From: Hormiphora californensis
Taxonomy: Eukaryota; Animalia; Ctenophora
Length of the DNA: 64,000 nt
Assembly: GCA_020137815.1 (NCBI GenBank)
Contig: CM035351.1
Coordinates: forward strand, 7,626,001 to 7,690,000
Direction: 5' to 3'
The notes below the pieces were generated by a model, which was given only the letters and a program-made list of their open reading frames with translations, was not told the origin of the DNA and did not search any database. Numbering within the stretch: position 1 is the first letter of the stretch; every line of letters begins with the position of its first letter. Shown in pieces: positions 23,801 to 36,431 of the stretch. Made by a program: the position numbers and the translations under genes.

Positions 23801-26800
23801 CGGAGCGCGCGAGAACTGTGGTCAGAGCATTGGCCTGACAGCATTGGGGCCTATACTATACTTATAGTTGTTGAGTTATCTAGATAACTCAACAAATCTG
23901 AACGTATTTTGTACAGCTGCCCTCGCTTGTAATGAAGTTATTTTAATTACATAACGAGACATTGACGTTACCTGTTAACCAACTCTCCGACTTTGTGGTT
24001 ATCGTAAAATGACATCTCCTTAAAAACAAGCGATCGGAACAAGGCAAGACGGAGACGTGACGCAAAACGCTCCCCGACAGTCGATAAAACCGATATATAG
24101 AGTGATTTGGTAACTGCCTGAAAGGGTATTAATTAGCTGAGACGTAACCATATGAACTAAAATGGGTGATTCTCATCTATGGGTGAGAACGATTCCCATC
24201 AGATTAGCTAAAATCGTATTCCCCTAACATTTTAATATATTCCCCAATATTCAGAAAATGCGATTCTTTTGTTGTTGGTATGAGTGTGGGGCAGGTGCAG
24301 TGGATCGATTTTCTCTTGTTTCTGCTACTAAGGACTCCCTAGGAGGGAGAGCTCCTTAGTTGCCATGACACTAGCAGAACACCTGTAATTCAGGGGGGGG
24401 GGGGTAAGTCACTAAATTATATATTCTATTCTCATTCACTCTCACCTTACAATACACATGTCTCATAAATAACTATCAAGCTGAGTTATTAGATATTTTA
24501 TCCCTAAAAAGGATGAGGGTCGGGGTACGTATATGATAAAAACATGATAAAACCTTGATTATCGCATTTTCGGTTTCTCCCTCCGCGACTACTGACTTCG
24601 AGACAAGAAATACATCTGTGAAACGTGACTTAGAAGCCCTTCACCACTTTACTTTTAGCAGCTACCTCCCAATGCCATTGCCAGTAAATGCAATAAGTTT
24701 TCGTCACGAAACGACAAAACCTATATGCTGGTAGAACATGTAACGATCACAGTGTTCTGTGAAGCGAGTTCTTGGTCAATCCACATGACGGAGAGGGAAG
24801 ACTAGATACCAAAATGTGTACACCCAAAAGCCAGATGCTACGATGCTATGATAATATATTTTCATACTTGGTGAATCTTGTTCGCGAGAAAGGGACTCGA
24901 CTAGCGAGAAAGGGAGTTATAGGGTCGAGTAGAACAAAAGATGATTTTTGCACCTGGCTCCCCCCCCCCCTTTACATTTCTCTTTCTAAAAGAATATATT
25001 CTGCCGAGAGAGAGGTCCAGGACAAAAACGTTTATGGTCATTTTCTGAATTATCTCGAGACGAATGACTGTTGACCATTCTCAGTAAAACTGACTTTAAA
25101 GACATAATCAGACCTGCAGTGGTAGTAGGGTGGTTCCCTTCGTGGATGACCAGCTGTCTAACAAAGGGTGGACTCATATAATCATCTTCAGCTCTATAAA
25201 CAATGACCTTCCAACTATGTCGATGAGATCGGAGAGAGATTTGTTTCTCAATATTGAATGAATGGGAGGACAGTGTTAGAAGTCGGTTGTCGGTCTGATA
25301 ATAAAGTGGAGTCATGGTCTGAGATAGCTCCCGGGGGATCACACACACAACTACCTACATTCTACAAGTTGTAGCTATCTGCCATGTTATAGCATGCTAC
25401 CTACATCTCACAAACCTGGAGGGCGTAGCAGGAGAGAAGTCTGAGGGCGGGGGTACGGAGTCTATCCATGAAATTATGGGAAGCACCCGCAGTTGTAGCG
25501 AGAGAGTTGAGAGCATTTGCTAGCTTTCCCAGAGAAAGCGGTATCAGTGAATTATAGTAGGCTACCGCCACTGCCAGCGCTATTGCCACGACAAGAAACA
25601 CCCAATCTTCCTTGAGGTACCTGAAAATCGGGCGGATATAGTTTTGGAAGATAAAACCAATACCACTAATACCAGGTGTATGTTTGATCCTGTCAGGCCA
25701 GTACTCTGACCGCGGTTTAGAGAGGGTCAGAGAATAAGGTCAGGTCAGGCATAATATTAACGGGTGACAACTAAAAATCTGGACATTTTTCTGTGAGCTC
25801 CAGCGCCGGCCCCGTTTGAGATACAGCTTCGGGCCAGTAATAGAACGATTTTTCAGACAATTTTGAATCATAATAACACAGCGGAAAAGACTAAAAAGTT
25901 CATTTTCATTGCGATATCGCATCACTTTCTCTTGCCCCACCAAACCATGTATTACATGAAATTTACACACTTTTCTAGCACCTCTAGCGCCTATTCTTTT
26001 TGAGATACAGCTTCGGGACAGTGATAGAATGATTTTCAGACAATTTTGAACGATATTAACTTTGTTTCACACTCCGTTAATCTCAATTCTGATCACAGAA
26101 TCATCTGTAACAAACCCTCCAAAGCGTAGTTTACAGGTAGTTTGAGAAATCGCCATTTTGACGATCTCTCGAAACATTTATGACGTGGAAAACCAATTTC
26201 CTGATGAGCTAAAATGTTGAAACTTGGCAGTTATGTTGGTTATGGCATGAAAAACCATTTTTTTTAATTTGAGAATTCTATCTCATCGGGAAGGTCGTTC
26301 CTGATAACATAGAAATCTCAAATCTCTGTACTACATGATTTGGTGGGTCAAGAGGAAATGATGCAATATCGCAATGAAAATGAACTTTTTAGCCTTTCCC
26401 GCTGTATTATTATGATTCAAAATTGTCTGAAAAATCGTTCTATTACTGGCCCGAAGCTGTATCTCAAACGGGGCCGGCGCTAGAGCTCACAGAAAAATGT
26501 CCAGATTTTTAGTTGTCACCCGTTAATAAGGTCAGGCCAATCTCTGACCCTGTTTACCGACCTGAGAAGGGTCAAGGTTGGCTGCTGGTCATCTCCATCC
26601 TCATATCGATGTAGCTGTCGTGTTATGTCCGTGCTGTTGAGACGTCGCGTGGTCCTGACTTTAGCCTCAGCTCTGATCATATTGCAGCCAGCCAGGCACC
26701 CTACCGGGAGGACCAGAGCAACAAAGGTTGGGGAGCATTCTCTGACAAACTTGACCAACACACCACTTCGTGCTATGCCTGAAAGTGAGAGTAAGATTGG

Positions 26801-29800
26801 TGTTTGGCGGATTAACGAGGGCCTACTGACATATCTCGCGGCGCCAGGTCCCGTTCTCAGCCTGTTCAGATGGGAGGGGGGGTGGCTGAGATCGGGTCGG
26901 CGCCATGGCGTACTACTACTACTACTCAGAGTGCCTGGGCTTGCCTACGGCAAGCCCACAGGGACTATCGCAAAGCGATACCGTCGGCACTAGAGAAGAG
27001 TCCCCCCTTCCCCTCCCTTCGCATGGAAGTACCATCTGGCAGGTTCACAATATGAAGAAGATGGGAGTGAGGTTCTTCTCGGGTCTAGCTTTGTTTGGTC
27101 CTGTGTGGTCATTTTGCCAGGAGCATTTATGTTTGAGTTTGAACCACGGATTCTTCTTCGTTTTCAATCTTTTGTTTGAGTTCTTGTGCTCGTTCATATA
27201 ATTTAATTGCTTTACCTGGGTGTTTTAGGAGGAACTCCTTCATATCTGTGATTCTGGTGTATTCTGTTTGTATGTATCGAAGGGATGATAGGACTTCGCA
27301 GTCACAGACTATATGTGTTGCGTTTCCTATCGCTTCCTTGCATAGGGTGCATTTGTTTTGCCCGCGAAGCGGGCAAGCCCCATAGGGGCTATGTGAGGGG
27401 ATCGCCCTACGGGCGCGCGAACATGGGGGGCGCGACGTGCCCAAGCATTTGTTTGTTGTGGATTTTCCTATTTTGTGGAGGAAGTTTTCAAACGGTCCTA
27501 TGCCTGTGCAAAGATATGTAATGGCTCTGAATTTGTTTCTTTTGTTGTGGAGTTTTGCTATTTGTTTCACAAGTTCCCCTCTCGTTTCTTCATTTACTGG
27601 GGGGGGGGGTGACACGTAACACTTTGTAACACTTTGTAACATGTGCAGAAAACTTTTTGTGCACGTTACATGTTACAAAGTGTTACATAGTGTTACAAAG
27701 TGTTACATAGTGTTACAAAGTGTTACATAGTGTTACAAAGTGTTACATAGTGTTACATAGTGTTACAAAGTGTTACATTGTGTAACAAAGTGTCACAAAG
27801 TGTTACATAGTGTTACAAAGTGTTACATAGTGTCACAAAGTGTTACAAATTGTTACAAAGTGTTACAAATTGTTACAAAATATTTACAAAAACACAAGGA
27901 TTTGTAGCGAAGCAAATTTTCAATCTTTGACCAAAAAATTGATTTTGGAAAAATTTTATTTCTTTTTCCAACAGAAACGTTGTATATCATCTTATTGAGT
28001 ACAAAGAATCGATTACCAATGAAAAAAAGTCGATTGGGTCACAACTCACAGGTGACTCAGCACATTGGGGGCCTCTGAGAGGCACAATACTTTTAATATC
28101 ACTCTAAAAACTTTACCATTGTCTAAAGTTCATATTTTTCTTTACCAAATGGACTATTTCAGCCCTGATTTCCACAGTCGATGACATCGGAGGCTCAAAA
28201 CATGCGCAAATTAGTAAAAAAGTGTATGTTTTAACCCTAGAAATGATTTAAAACTTTTATATGTGTTCTAGAAAGACACCAAAGTCGTTCAAATTACTTA
28301 TTCACCAACAGTCTTATATATTTTGTAAATATTTTGTAACAATTTGTAACAATTTGTAACAATTTGTAACACTTTGTGACACTATGTAACACTTTGTAAC
28401 ACTATGTAACACTTTGTAACACTATGTAACACTTTGTAACACTATGTAACACTTTGTAACACTATGTAACACTTTGTAACACTATGTAACACTTTGTAAC
28501 ACTATGTAACACTTTGTAACACTTTGTAACACTATGTAACACTTTGTAACATGTGCAGAAAATTTTTTGTGCACGTTACATGTTACAAAGTGTTACAAAG
28601 TGTTACGTGTCACCCCCCCCCCTTTACTATTATGGCGTGAGACTCCTTCTTGCAAAGTTCACGGAAAGGTGAGGAATCGCGCTGACCACCCATAAAAGTC
28701 AACCTGTAGTTTGGCCTCTCCAGCTGTCATGTATGACACCCCAGCCTCGATCTGAGCGGGTGAGTGACGCATGCAGTTAACCATGTGACCAGGGGCTCCT
28801 TTCTAAACTTAAAGGTTTCTTCCTAAAACGACCGAAAAAGTTCCTAAGAATCTTCATAAGCTGTAGAAAGGAGCCCAACAAGGTTTGTAAAATATTCCAA
28901 CTGTCTGATACAGCCTCGGTCCTAGCTCCGATCTAAGCGCACTGTCACGTTTAGAGAATACAATGTGATCTGTCTGACGGAATCGGCAGTGCGCTCAGAT
29001 CAGCTTTCATGAATTTAACCATGACCCAGAACACGGCGTGCCTGGTGAAATTTTAACACGACCTAGCATGCAACGGGAAACCACCACTTGTACGTGGTAG
29101 CTGAGGGTCTACAGAATGGCGCTACGGTGCGGGAAAAAAAGTCCATGCCCTAAAATCGTTTTTTTTACTTTTATTTGATTTGGGTCAAAATTGGCTATAT
29201 TAACCCTTTGAGGGCGATAGGTCATATATGACACGGTCCATTCTAGACCGTCTGGAAGGCGCTACATGATGTCTAGGTGGCTAATTTTTTGTCACAAGCT
29301 AGTTTTAGGGATTTTGAACCCAAAACCACGTCCAAATCTGCTCGGAAAATCGAAGAAATTTTTTTATGGCCCTTCTCGGGAGGCTAATTTAGGCCTTTTT
29401 TTAAAAACCCCTCTCAAATTTTTGTTTTTGAGGGGCACAAATAATCCTTTGAAGGGATAAAACTACTTGACATAACAAATCGAATGCAAAAAACCGCATC
29501 AAAAAATATTGAAAATTGAATGAGTTATTAACGTTTTAGTCGTTGTATCATATATGACTCTATCGTCCGTAAGGGAATTCTAGTAACAAATGTCATTTGT
29601 GCAAAAGTATGGGTCCAATAGTCAAATTTTATGCTTTGACGCAGTCTATAGCTATAATTTCTACAATCTTGAACAGTTTTTACTAGAAAAATACCCCAGA
29701 TTCTACATTTTGTATCATATATGACTCTATCGTCCCAATTGGCAAATTCTCCAAAAACATCCATAACTCAGGCTAGAAAAGGAGCTAAGAGTCAAATCAG

Positions 29801-32800
29801 GGCACTAAACTGTGTAGAATCATCGCATTAGTGGGGGTAGAGCACATATTTAGGTCGCTATCTGGATCCCCTAATTGAGATAATTGGATAATTAGCCAAT
29901 TATCTGTCCTGCGCATGCTAATAAATGAAACTTTGCTTTGGGAAGGAGTTGTGAGGCAAATGGGGGCACTAAAATGTGTAAAATCGTCGCCTTAGTGGGG
30001 GCAGAGCACATAGCTGAGTTTCTATTCCCGCTCCTAATTGAGATAATTGGATAATTAGCTAATTGACGGTTGCATAATGCCCCCTTTTCACCATACACCG
30101 TGGTTTCTGGCTAATCCTGAGCTCTTTTGTTCAATCTAAGGATCTTTTGGCATCCCTTTACCCAATTTGTATCACCTTTGACTCGTTTTACACACTAATA
30201 TAGCACTCTATACAACCCTAGACACCGCCTTCAGCTCTTTAGAACCCTCTTGCTTAATCCTAGACCTCTCATAATTTCGAGATCCATACACCTTCCTAAC
30301 CAATTTTTTTGGGATATGCTATTGCTCCTACAAGACGTTCAACCCCTAATGTACTACAGTTTCCCATTTTATTATTGGACACACAGTTTAGATTCCCCCT
30401 ACATTATTTCTCCTCATCACTCTCACAATCTCATTTGCCACTAAGGAAACTTCTCATGAACTCCATCGGAAATAAAGATGATCTGTAGAAGGCGTTTAGT
30501 ATGGTGTATGAGAGGTCTAGCTAGGAGTAGGATGAAGCAAGGGGGTTGTACAGAGCTGAAGTCGGCGTCTAGGGTTGTATAGAGTGCTATATTATTGTGT
30601 AAAACGAGTCAAAGGTGATACAAATGGGGTAAAGGGATGCCAAAAGATCCTTAGATTGAACAAAAGAGCTCAGGATTAGCCAGAAACCACGGTGTATGGT
30701 GAAAAGGGGGCATTATGCAACCGTCAATTAGCTAATTATCCAATTATCTCAATTAGGAGCGGGAATAGAAACTCAGCTATGTGCTCTGCCCCCACTAAGG
30801 CGACGATTTTACACATTTTAGTGCCCCCATTTGCCTCACAACTCCTTCCCAAAGCAAAGTTTCATTTATTAGCATGCGCAGGACAGATAATTGGCTAATT
30901 ATCCAATTATCTCAATTAGGGGGCAAGATAGCGACCTAAATATGTGCTCTACCCCCACTAATGCGATGATTCTACACAGTTTAGTGCCCTGATTTGACTC
31001 TTAGCTCCTTTTCTAGCCTGAGTTATGGATGTTTTTGGAGAATTTACCAATTGGGACGATAGAGTCATATATGATACAAAATGTAGAATTTGGGGTATTT
31101 TTCTAGTAAAAACCGTTCATGATTGTAGAAATTATAGCTATAGACTGCCTCAAAGCATAAAATTTGACTATTGGACCCATACTTTTGCACAACTGACATT
31201 TGTTACTAGAATTCCCTTACGGACGATAGAGTCATATATGACACAGTGGGCCCAGCAAAAACTACATGTCGAAACTTCAAATTTCTTTTTCGAGGTAGTT
31301 TGTGGTAATAATATAGACTTATAAACGAAAAATTAGAAAAATCTATCGAGCCAATCCTTCTCGCCCTTAAAGGGTTAAACGTGGTCCCGAAAAATCCATA
31401 ATGACTTAGCACACGAAATATGTCACCCCTACCTATTTTTGCACGTAGAATCGATTGCCGTTGAAGTCGAATCTCTAAAATGACTGTAAAATGGTCAAAA
31501 GTTGATTTTTTACCATTTTTTGGAGGTTTTTGGCCCCTAAACCATTGAAAACGTTGAGATAGGGATTTGAAACTAGTGCCAATCGTTAAAATGGTCATTT
31601 TTCTACCAAGAACTAAGTTTTCGTGTATATCCGATTTATGGTTAGATTTGGGCAAATTGTTGAAATCTGCCAACTAGGAGAACCGTAACGGTCCAGTTAC
31701 AAAGTTTGAAACTGATACCAGTTTCAAAAACCTGATGTAAGTTTCAATTTAGCAACTGGCTAAACTAAATTGAAACTGATATCAGTATCTGAAACTGATA
31801 TCAGTTTCAAACTTTGTAACTGGTCCCTAACTTGATTTTCTTGTTTTTTGGATTTTGGCATTTTTGACAAACTTCTGATTGAAATGGTCAATCGGGACCA
31901 TGCTTAAGTTGTTTATGGGACAATTTTCGACTAAAATCCAAGATTTCATACCAATCCAATAACAGATCGTTGATTTATAGAAAATTTAAGTAGGCAAAAC
32001 GGTCAAAATGACAACTTTTCTTGCTTATTTTGACCGTTTTGCCTACTTAAATTTTCTATAAATCAACGATCTGTTATTGGATTGGTATGAAATCTTGGAT
32101 TTTAGTCGAAAATTGTCCCATAAACAACTTAAGCATGGTCCCGATTGACCATTTCAATCAGAAGTTTGTCAAAAATGCCAAAATCCAAAAAACAAGAAAA
32201 TCAAGTTAGGGACCAGTTACAAAGTTTGAAACTGATATCAGTTTCAGATACTGATATCAGTTTCAATTTAGTTTAGCCAGTTGCTAAATTGAAACTTACA
32301 TCAGGTTTTTGAAACTGGTATCAGTTTCAAACTTTGTAACTGGACCGTTACGGTTCTCCTAGTTGGCAGATTTCAACAATTTGCCCAAATCTAACCATAA
32401 ATCGGATATACACGAAAACTTAGTTCTTGGTAGAAAAATGACCATTTTAACGATTGGCACTAGTTTCAAATCCCTATCTCAACGTTTTCAATGGTTTAGG
32501 GGCCAAAAACCTCCAAAAAATGGTAAAAAATCAACTTTTGACCATTTTACAGTCATTTTAGAGATTCGACTTCAACGGCAATCGATTCTACGTGCAAAAA
32601 TAGGTAGGGGTGACATATTTCGTGTGCTAAGTCATTATGGATTTTTCGGGACCACGTTTAACCCTTTAAGGGCGAGAAGGATTGGCTCGATAGATTTTTC
32701 TAATTTTTCGTTTATAAGTCTATATTATTACCACAAACTACCTCGAAAAAGAAATTTGAAGTTTCGACATGTAGTTTTTGCTGGGCCCACTGTGTCATAT

Positions 32801-35800
32801 ATGACTCTATCGTCCGTAAGGGAATTCTAGTAACAAATGTCATTTGTGCAAAAGTATGGGTCCAATAGTCAAATTTTATGCTTTGACGCAGTCTATAGCT
32901 ATAATTTCTACAATCTTGAACAGTTTTTACTAGAAAAATACCCCAGATTCTACATTTTGTATCATATATGACTCTATCGTCCCAATTGGCAAATTCTCCA
33001 AAAACATCCATAACTCAGGCTAGAAAAGGAGCTAAGAGTCAAATCAGGGCACTAAACTGTGTAGAATCATCGCATTAGTGGGGGTAGAGCACATATTTAG
33101 GTCGCTATCTTGCCCCCTAATTGAGATAATTGGATAATTAGCCAATTATCTGTCCTGCGCATGCTAATAAATGAAACTTTGCTTTGGGAAGGAGTTGTGA
33201 GGCAAATGGGGGCACTAAAATGTGTAAAATCGTCGCCTTAGTGGGGGCAGAGCACATAGCTGAGTTTCTATTCCCGCTCCTAATTGAGATAATTGGATAA
33301 TTAGCTAATTGACGGTTGCATAATGCCCCCTTTTCACCATACACCGTGGTTTCTGGCTAATCCTGAGCTCTTTTGTTCAATCTAAGGATCTTTTGGCATC
33401 CCTTTACCCCATTTGTATCACCTTTGACTCGTTTTACACAATAATATAGCACTCTATACAACCCTAGACGCCGACTTCAGCTCTGTACAACCCCCTTGCT
33501 TCATCCTACTCCTAGCTAGACCTCTCATACACCATACTAAACGCCTTCTACAGATCATCTTTATTTCCGATGGAGTTCATGAGAAGTTTCCTTAGTGGCA
33601 AATGAGATTGTGAGAGTGATGAGGAGAAATAATGTAGGGGGAATCTAAACTGTGTGTCCAATAATAAAATGGGAAACTGTAGTACATTAGGGGTTGAACG
33701 TCTTGTAGGAGCAATAGCATATCCCAAAAAAATTGGTTAGGAAGGTGTATGGATCTCGAAATTATGAGAGGTCTAGGATTAAGCAAGAGGGTTCTAAAGA
33801 GCTGAAGGCGGTGTCTAGGGTTGTATAGAGTGCTATATTAGTGTGTAAAACGAGTCAAAGGTGATACAAATTGGGTAAAGGGATGCCAAAAGATCCTTAG
33901 ATTGAACAAAAGAGCTCAGGATTAGCCAGAAACCACGGTGTATGGTGAAAAGGGGGCATTATGCAACCGTCAATTAGCTAATTATCCAATTATCTCAATT
34001 AGGAGCGGGAATAGAAACTCAGCTATGTGCTCTGCCCCCACTAAGGCGACGATTTTACACATTTTAGTGCCCCCATTTGTCTTGTATACTCCGCCAAATT
34101 TAATTTTTTAGCGCTGGAGGGCAACTAATTAGCTAATTATCCAATTATCTCAATTAGGGGTCCAGATAGAGACCTAAATATGTGCTCTAACCCCACTAAT
34201 GTGATGATTCTACACATTTTAGTGCCCCCATTTGCCTCACAACTCCTTCCCAAAGCAAAGTTTCATTTATTAGCATGCGCGGGACAGATAATTGGCTAAT
34301 TATCCAATTATCTCAATTAGGGGGCAAGATAGCGACCTAAATATGTGCTCTACCCCCACTAATGCGATGATTCTACACAGTTTAGTGCCCTGATTTGACT
34401 CTTAGCTCCTTTTCTAGCCTGAGTTATGGATGTTTTTGGAGAATTTACCAATTGGGACGATAGAGTCATATATGATACAAAATGTAGAATTTGGGGTATT
34501 TTTCTAGTAAAAACCGTTCATGATTGTAGAAATTATAGCTATAGACTGCCTCAAAGCATAAAATTTGACTATTGGACCCATACTTTTGCACAACTGACAT
34601 TTGTTACTAGAATTCCCTTACGGACGATAGAGTCATATATGACACAGTGGGCCCAGCAAAAACTACATGTCGAAACTTCAAATTTCTTTTTCGAGGTAGT
34701 TTGTGGTAATAATATAGACTTATAAACGAAAAATTAGAAAAATCTATCGAGCCAATCCTTCTCGCCCTTAAAGGGTTAAACGTGGTCCCGAAAAATCCAT
34801 AATGACTTAGCACACGAAATATGTCACCCCTACCTATTTTTGCACGTAGAATCGATTGCCGTTGAAGTCGAATCTCTAAAATGACTGTAAAATGGTCAAA
34901 AGTTGATTTTTTACCATTTTTTGGAGGTTTTTGGCCCCTAAACCATTGAAAACGTTGAGATAGGGATTTGAAACTAGTGCCAATCGTTAAAATGGTCATT
35001 TTTCTACCAAGAACTAAGTTTTCGTGTATATCCGATTTATGGTTAGATTTGGGCAAATTGTTGAAATCTGCCAACTAGGAGAACCGTAACTTGATTTTCT
35101 TGTTTTTTGGATTTTGGCATTTTTGACAAACTTCTGATTGAAATGGTCAATCGGGACCATGCTTAAGTTGTTTATGGGACAATTTTCGACTAAAATCCAA
35201 GATTTCATACCAATCCAATAACAGATCGTTGATTTATAGAAAATTTAAGTAGGCAAAACGGTCAAAATAAGCAAGAAAAGTTGTCATTTTGACCGTTTTG
35301 CCTACTTAAATTTTCTATAAATCAACGATCTGTTATTGGATTGGTATGAAATCTTGGATTTTAGTCGAAAATTGTCCCATAAACAACTTAAGCATGGTCC
35401 CGATTGACCATTTCAATCAGAAGTTTGTCAAAAATGCCAAAATCCAAAAAACAAGAAAATCAAGTTAGGGACCAGTTACAAAGTTTGAAACTGATATCAG
35501 TTTCAGATACTGATATCAGTTTCAATTTAGTTTAGCCAGTTGCTAAATTGAAACTTACATCAGGTTTTTGAAACTGGTATCAGTTTCAAACTTTGTAACT
35601 GGACCGTTACGGTTCTCCTAGTTGGCAGATTTCAACAATTTGCCCAAATCTAACCATAAATCGGATATACACGAAAACTTAGTTCTTGGTAGAAAAATGA
35701 CCATTTTAACGATTGGCACTAGTTTCAAATCCCTATCTCAACGTTTTCAATGGTTTAGGGGCCAAAAACCTCCAAAAAATGGTAAAAAATCAACTTTTGA

Positions 35801-36186
35801 CCATTTTACAGTCATTTTAGAGATTCGACTTCAACGGCAATCGATTCTACGTGCAAAAATAGGTAGGGGTGACATATTTCGTGTGCTAAGTCATTATGGA
35901 TTTTTCGGGACCACGTTTAATATAGCCAATTTTGACCCAAATCAAATAAAAGTAAAAAAACGATTTTAGGGCATGGACTTTTTTTTCCCGCACCGTAGCG
36001 CCATTCTGTAGACCCTCAGCTACCACGTACAAGTGGTGGTTTCCCGTTGCATGCTAGGTCGTGTTAAAATTTCACCAGGCACGCCGTGAGAAGGTTTGTG
36101 AAATATAGACCTTGTGTTGTGATGGTTCTGCGTAGTGAGAATTGAGAGCACCGGACAGCAATCCTCCCGCCCACTCCATAAACCAT
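14492..36186 (-). CDS. ABCB8: Mitochondrial-type ABCB half transporter, most like ABCB8
   Basis: Exon 1 36186-36111 ([25 protein letters not shown], Arg/Ser-rich presequence) splices in frame to 26778 ([11 protein letters not shown]). TMD exons include [16 protein letters not shown] and [23 protein letters not shown]. Walker A GHSGAGKS, Q-loop YISQEPVLF, signature LSGGQKQR, Walker [13 protein letters not shown]-loop IAHRLS; stop after [14 protein letters not shown]. Some middle exons unresolved. Confidence 0.85.
18423..20408. mobile_element. Non-autonomous DNA transposon with poly-G/poly-C termini and AT-rich subterminal repeats
   Basis: G13CCAACG...CGTTGGC(n), flanked by a duplicated (CC)GTTTTTC of 7-9 bp; TATATTTTTA arrays near both ends. 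Confidence 0.75.
19101..19306. mobile_element. Small perfect-palindrome MITE nested in the previous element
   Basis: TA|GAGCAAAAACTAATATAAATTAGTTCGCC...GGCGAACTAATTTATATTAGTTTTTGCTC|TA, ~85 bp arms. Confidence 0.8.
21293..22354 (+). CDS. Intronless rhodopsin-like (class A) GPCR, nested antisense in an ABCB8 intron
   Basis: 353-aa ORF with 7 hydrophobic segments; GN in TM1, SLAISD in TM2, YR at the DRY position, FIVSYIP in TM6, NPFVY in TM7. Confidence 0.9.
   Translation: MCNANPPFVVMLTGYLPAIANLTIALIGSSGNIFVLYASWVHRALKVDKVTLVFLESLAISDLIVSFGFYLVSAVMAMGGQPSRYLWYTFQLLTASATYNETLVIAILSIYRVWMLKKPPNMKRHINVRMVHLTAVSMYFVGALVFVTQAILSEYSSQKRGGLYKTRPNQTTFLEWDVEGCYQWVALSVTISFILTPLLITIGCTAHIFKTFFSYDHKMSSRKHERANRVVRLLLFVCSTFIVSYIPLIVYSLLTTLNPAGEAHRATFRETLPYFLSVNVISNPFVYVVISPQFRSYLVHCSQTVRRWVGIQPRTEITVLNTVSGPARPPMVDSERHSTVGKSEDIVTHNQSS
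25761..26522. mobile_element. MITE flanked by TTAA
   Basis: TTAA|CGGGTGACAACTAAAAATCTGGAC...GTCCAGATTTTTAGTTGTCACCCG|TTAA, ~160 bp arms. Confidence 0.85.
27127..27598 (-). mobile_element. 3' fragment of a non-LTR retrotransposon ORF2 (C-terminal Cys/His region)
   Basis: [21 protein letters not shown]...[25 protein letters not shown] resembles the TGH..L.KIG..C..C...H....C motif at LINE ORF2 ends. Interrupted by two insertions. Confidence 0.65.
27599..28622. mobile_element. TIR element with poly-G/C ends and inverted 10-bp minisatellite arrays
   Basis: TTTACT|G(n)TGACACGTAACAC...GTGTTACGTGTCAC(n)|TTTACT; (TGTTACAWAG)n array on the left, (CTWTGTAACA)n on the right. Confidence 0.85.
29204..31374. 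mobile_element. piggyBac-like non-autonomous element, copy 1
   Basis: TTAA|CCCTTTGAGGGCGA...TCGCCCTTAAAGGG|TTAA with ~700 bp internal inverted repeats. The empty TTAA site is visible at 35917. Confidence 0.85.
31689..31827. mobile_element. 139-bp PIF/Harbinger-like MITE, TAA TSD; further copies at ~32209-32347 and ~35468-35606
   Basis: GAACCG-TAA[insert]TAA-CTTGATT versus the empty site GAACCG-TAA-CTTGATT at 35081-35096. Confidence 0.85.
32662..34775. mobile_element. piggyBac-like element, copy 2, rearranged with the same terminal segment at both ends
   Basis: TTAA|CCCTTTAAGGGCGAGAAGG...CCTTCTCGCCCTTAAAGGG|TTAA; core inverted relative to copy 1. Confidence 0.8.
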
Positions 36187-36431
36187 GCTAGATAGGAGAG
36201 GACCAGATTTAGAATCGGGGAAAACACGTAACGACACGTAGGCTAACGGCAATGGATTCTGAATCAAAATGGCAACAAATAAATTCTTGAAAATATAAAT
36301 AACACACACAGTCACGGTATACTGGTATTCGTAGCGGTACACACACACACAATCGTCATAACTTTTCTGGCCCAGCAAAAAAGAAAAAGAGATAAAGAGA
36401 GATAAGATTATACATACAATTCAGCATAGTA

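Larger units (their letters stand above)
29032..36088. mobile_element. Chapaev/CMC-like foldback element carrying nested insertions and an internal inverted triplication
   Basis: AGAA|CACGGCGTGCCTGG...CCAGGCACGCCGTG|AGAA (CAC/GTG ends, 4-bp TSD); ~170 bp outer arms; inner palindromes at 31379-32657 and 34780-35916. Confidence 0.85.

Noticed and set aside
26201-26225. Second hammerhead (CTGATGA..GAAAC)
   Set aside because: No convincing stem II; resembles a common GAGCTA..TTGAAA transposon-internal motif also seen at ~20037.
29528-35969. Repeated ORFs (MADFNNLP.., MDVFGEF.., MYGEKG..) as a gene family
   Set aside because: They are mirror images produced by transposon inverted repeats, with no transposase or other domain.
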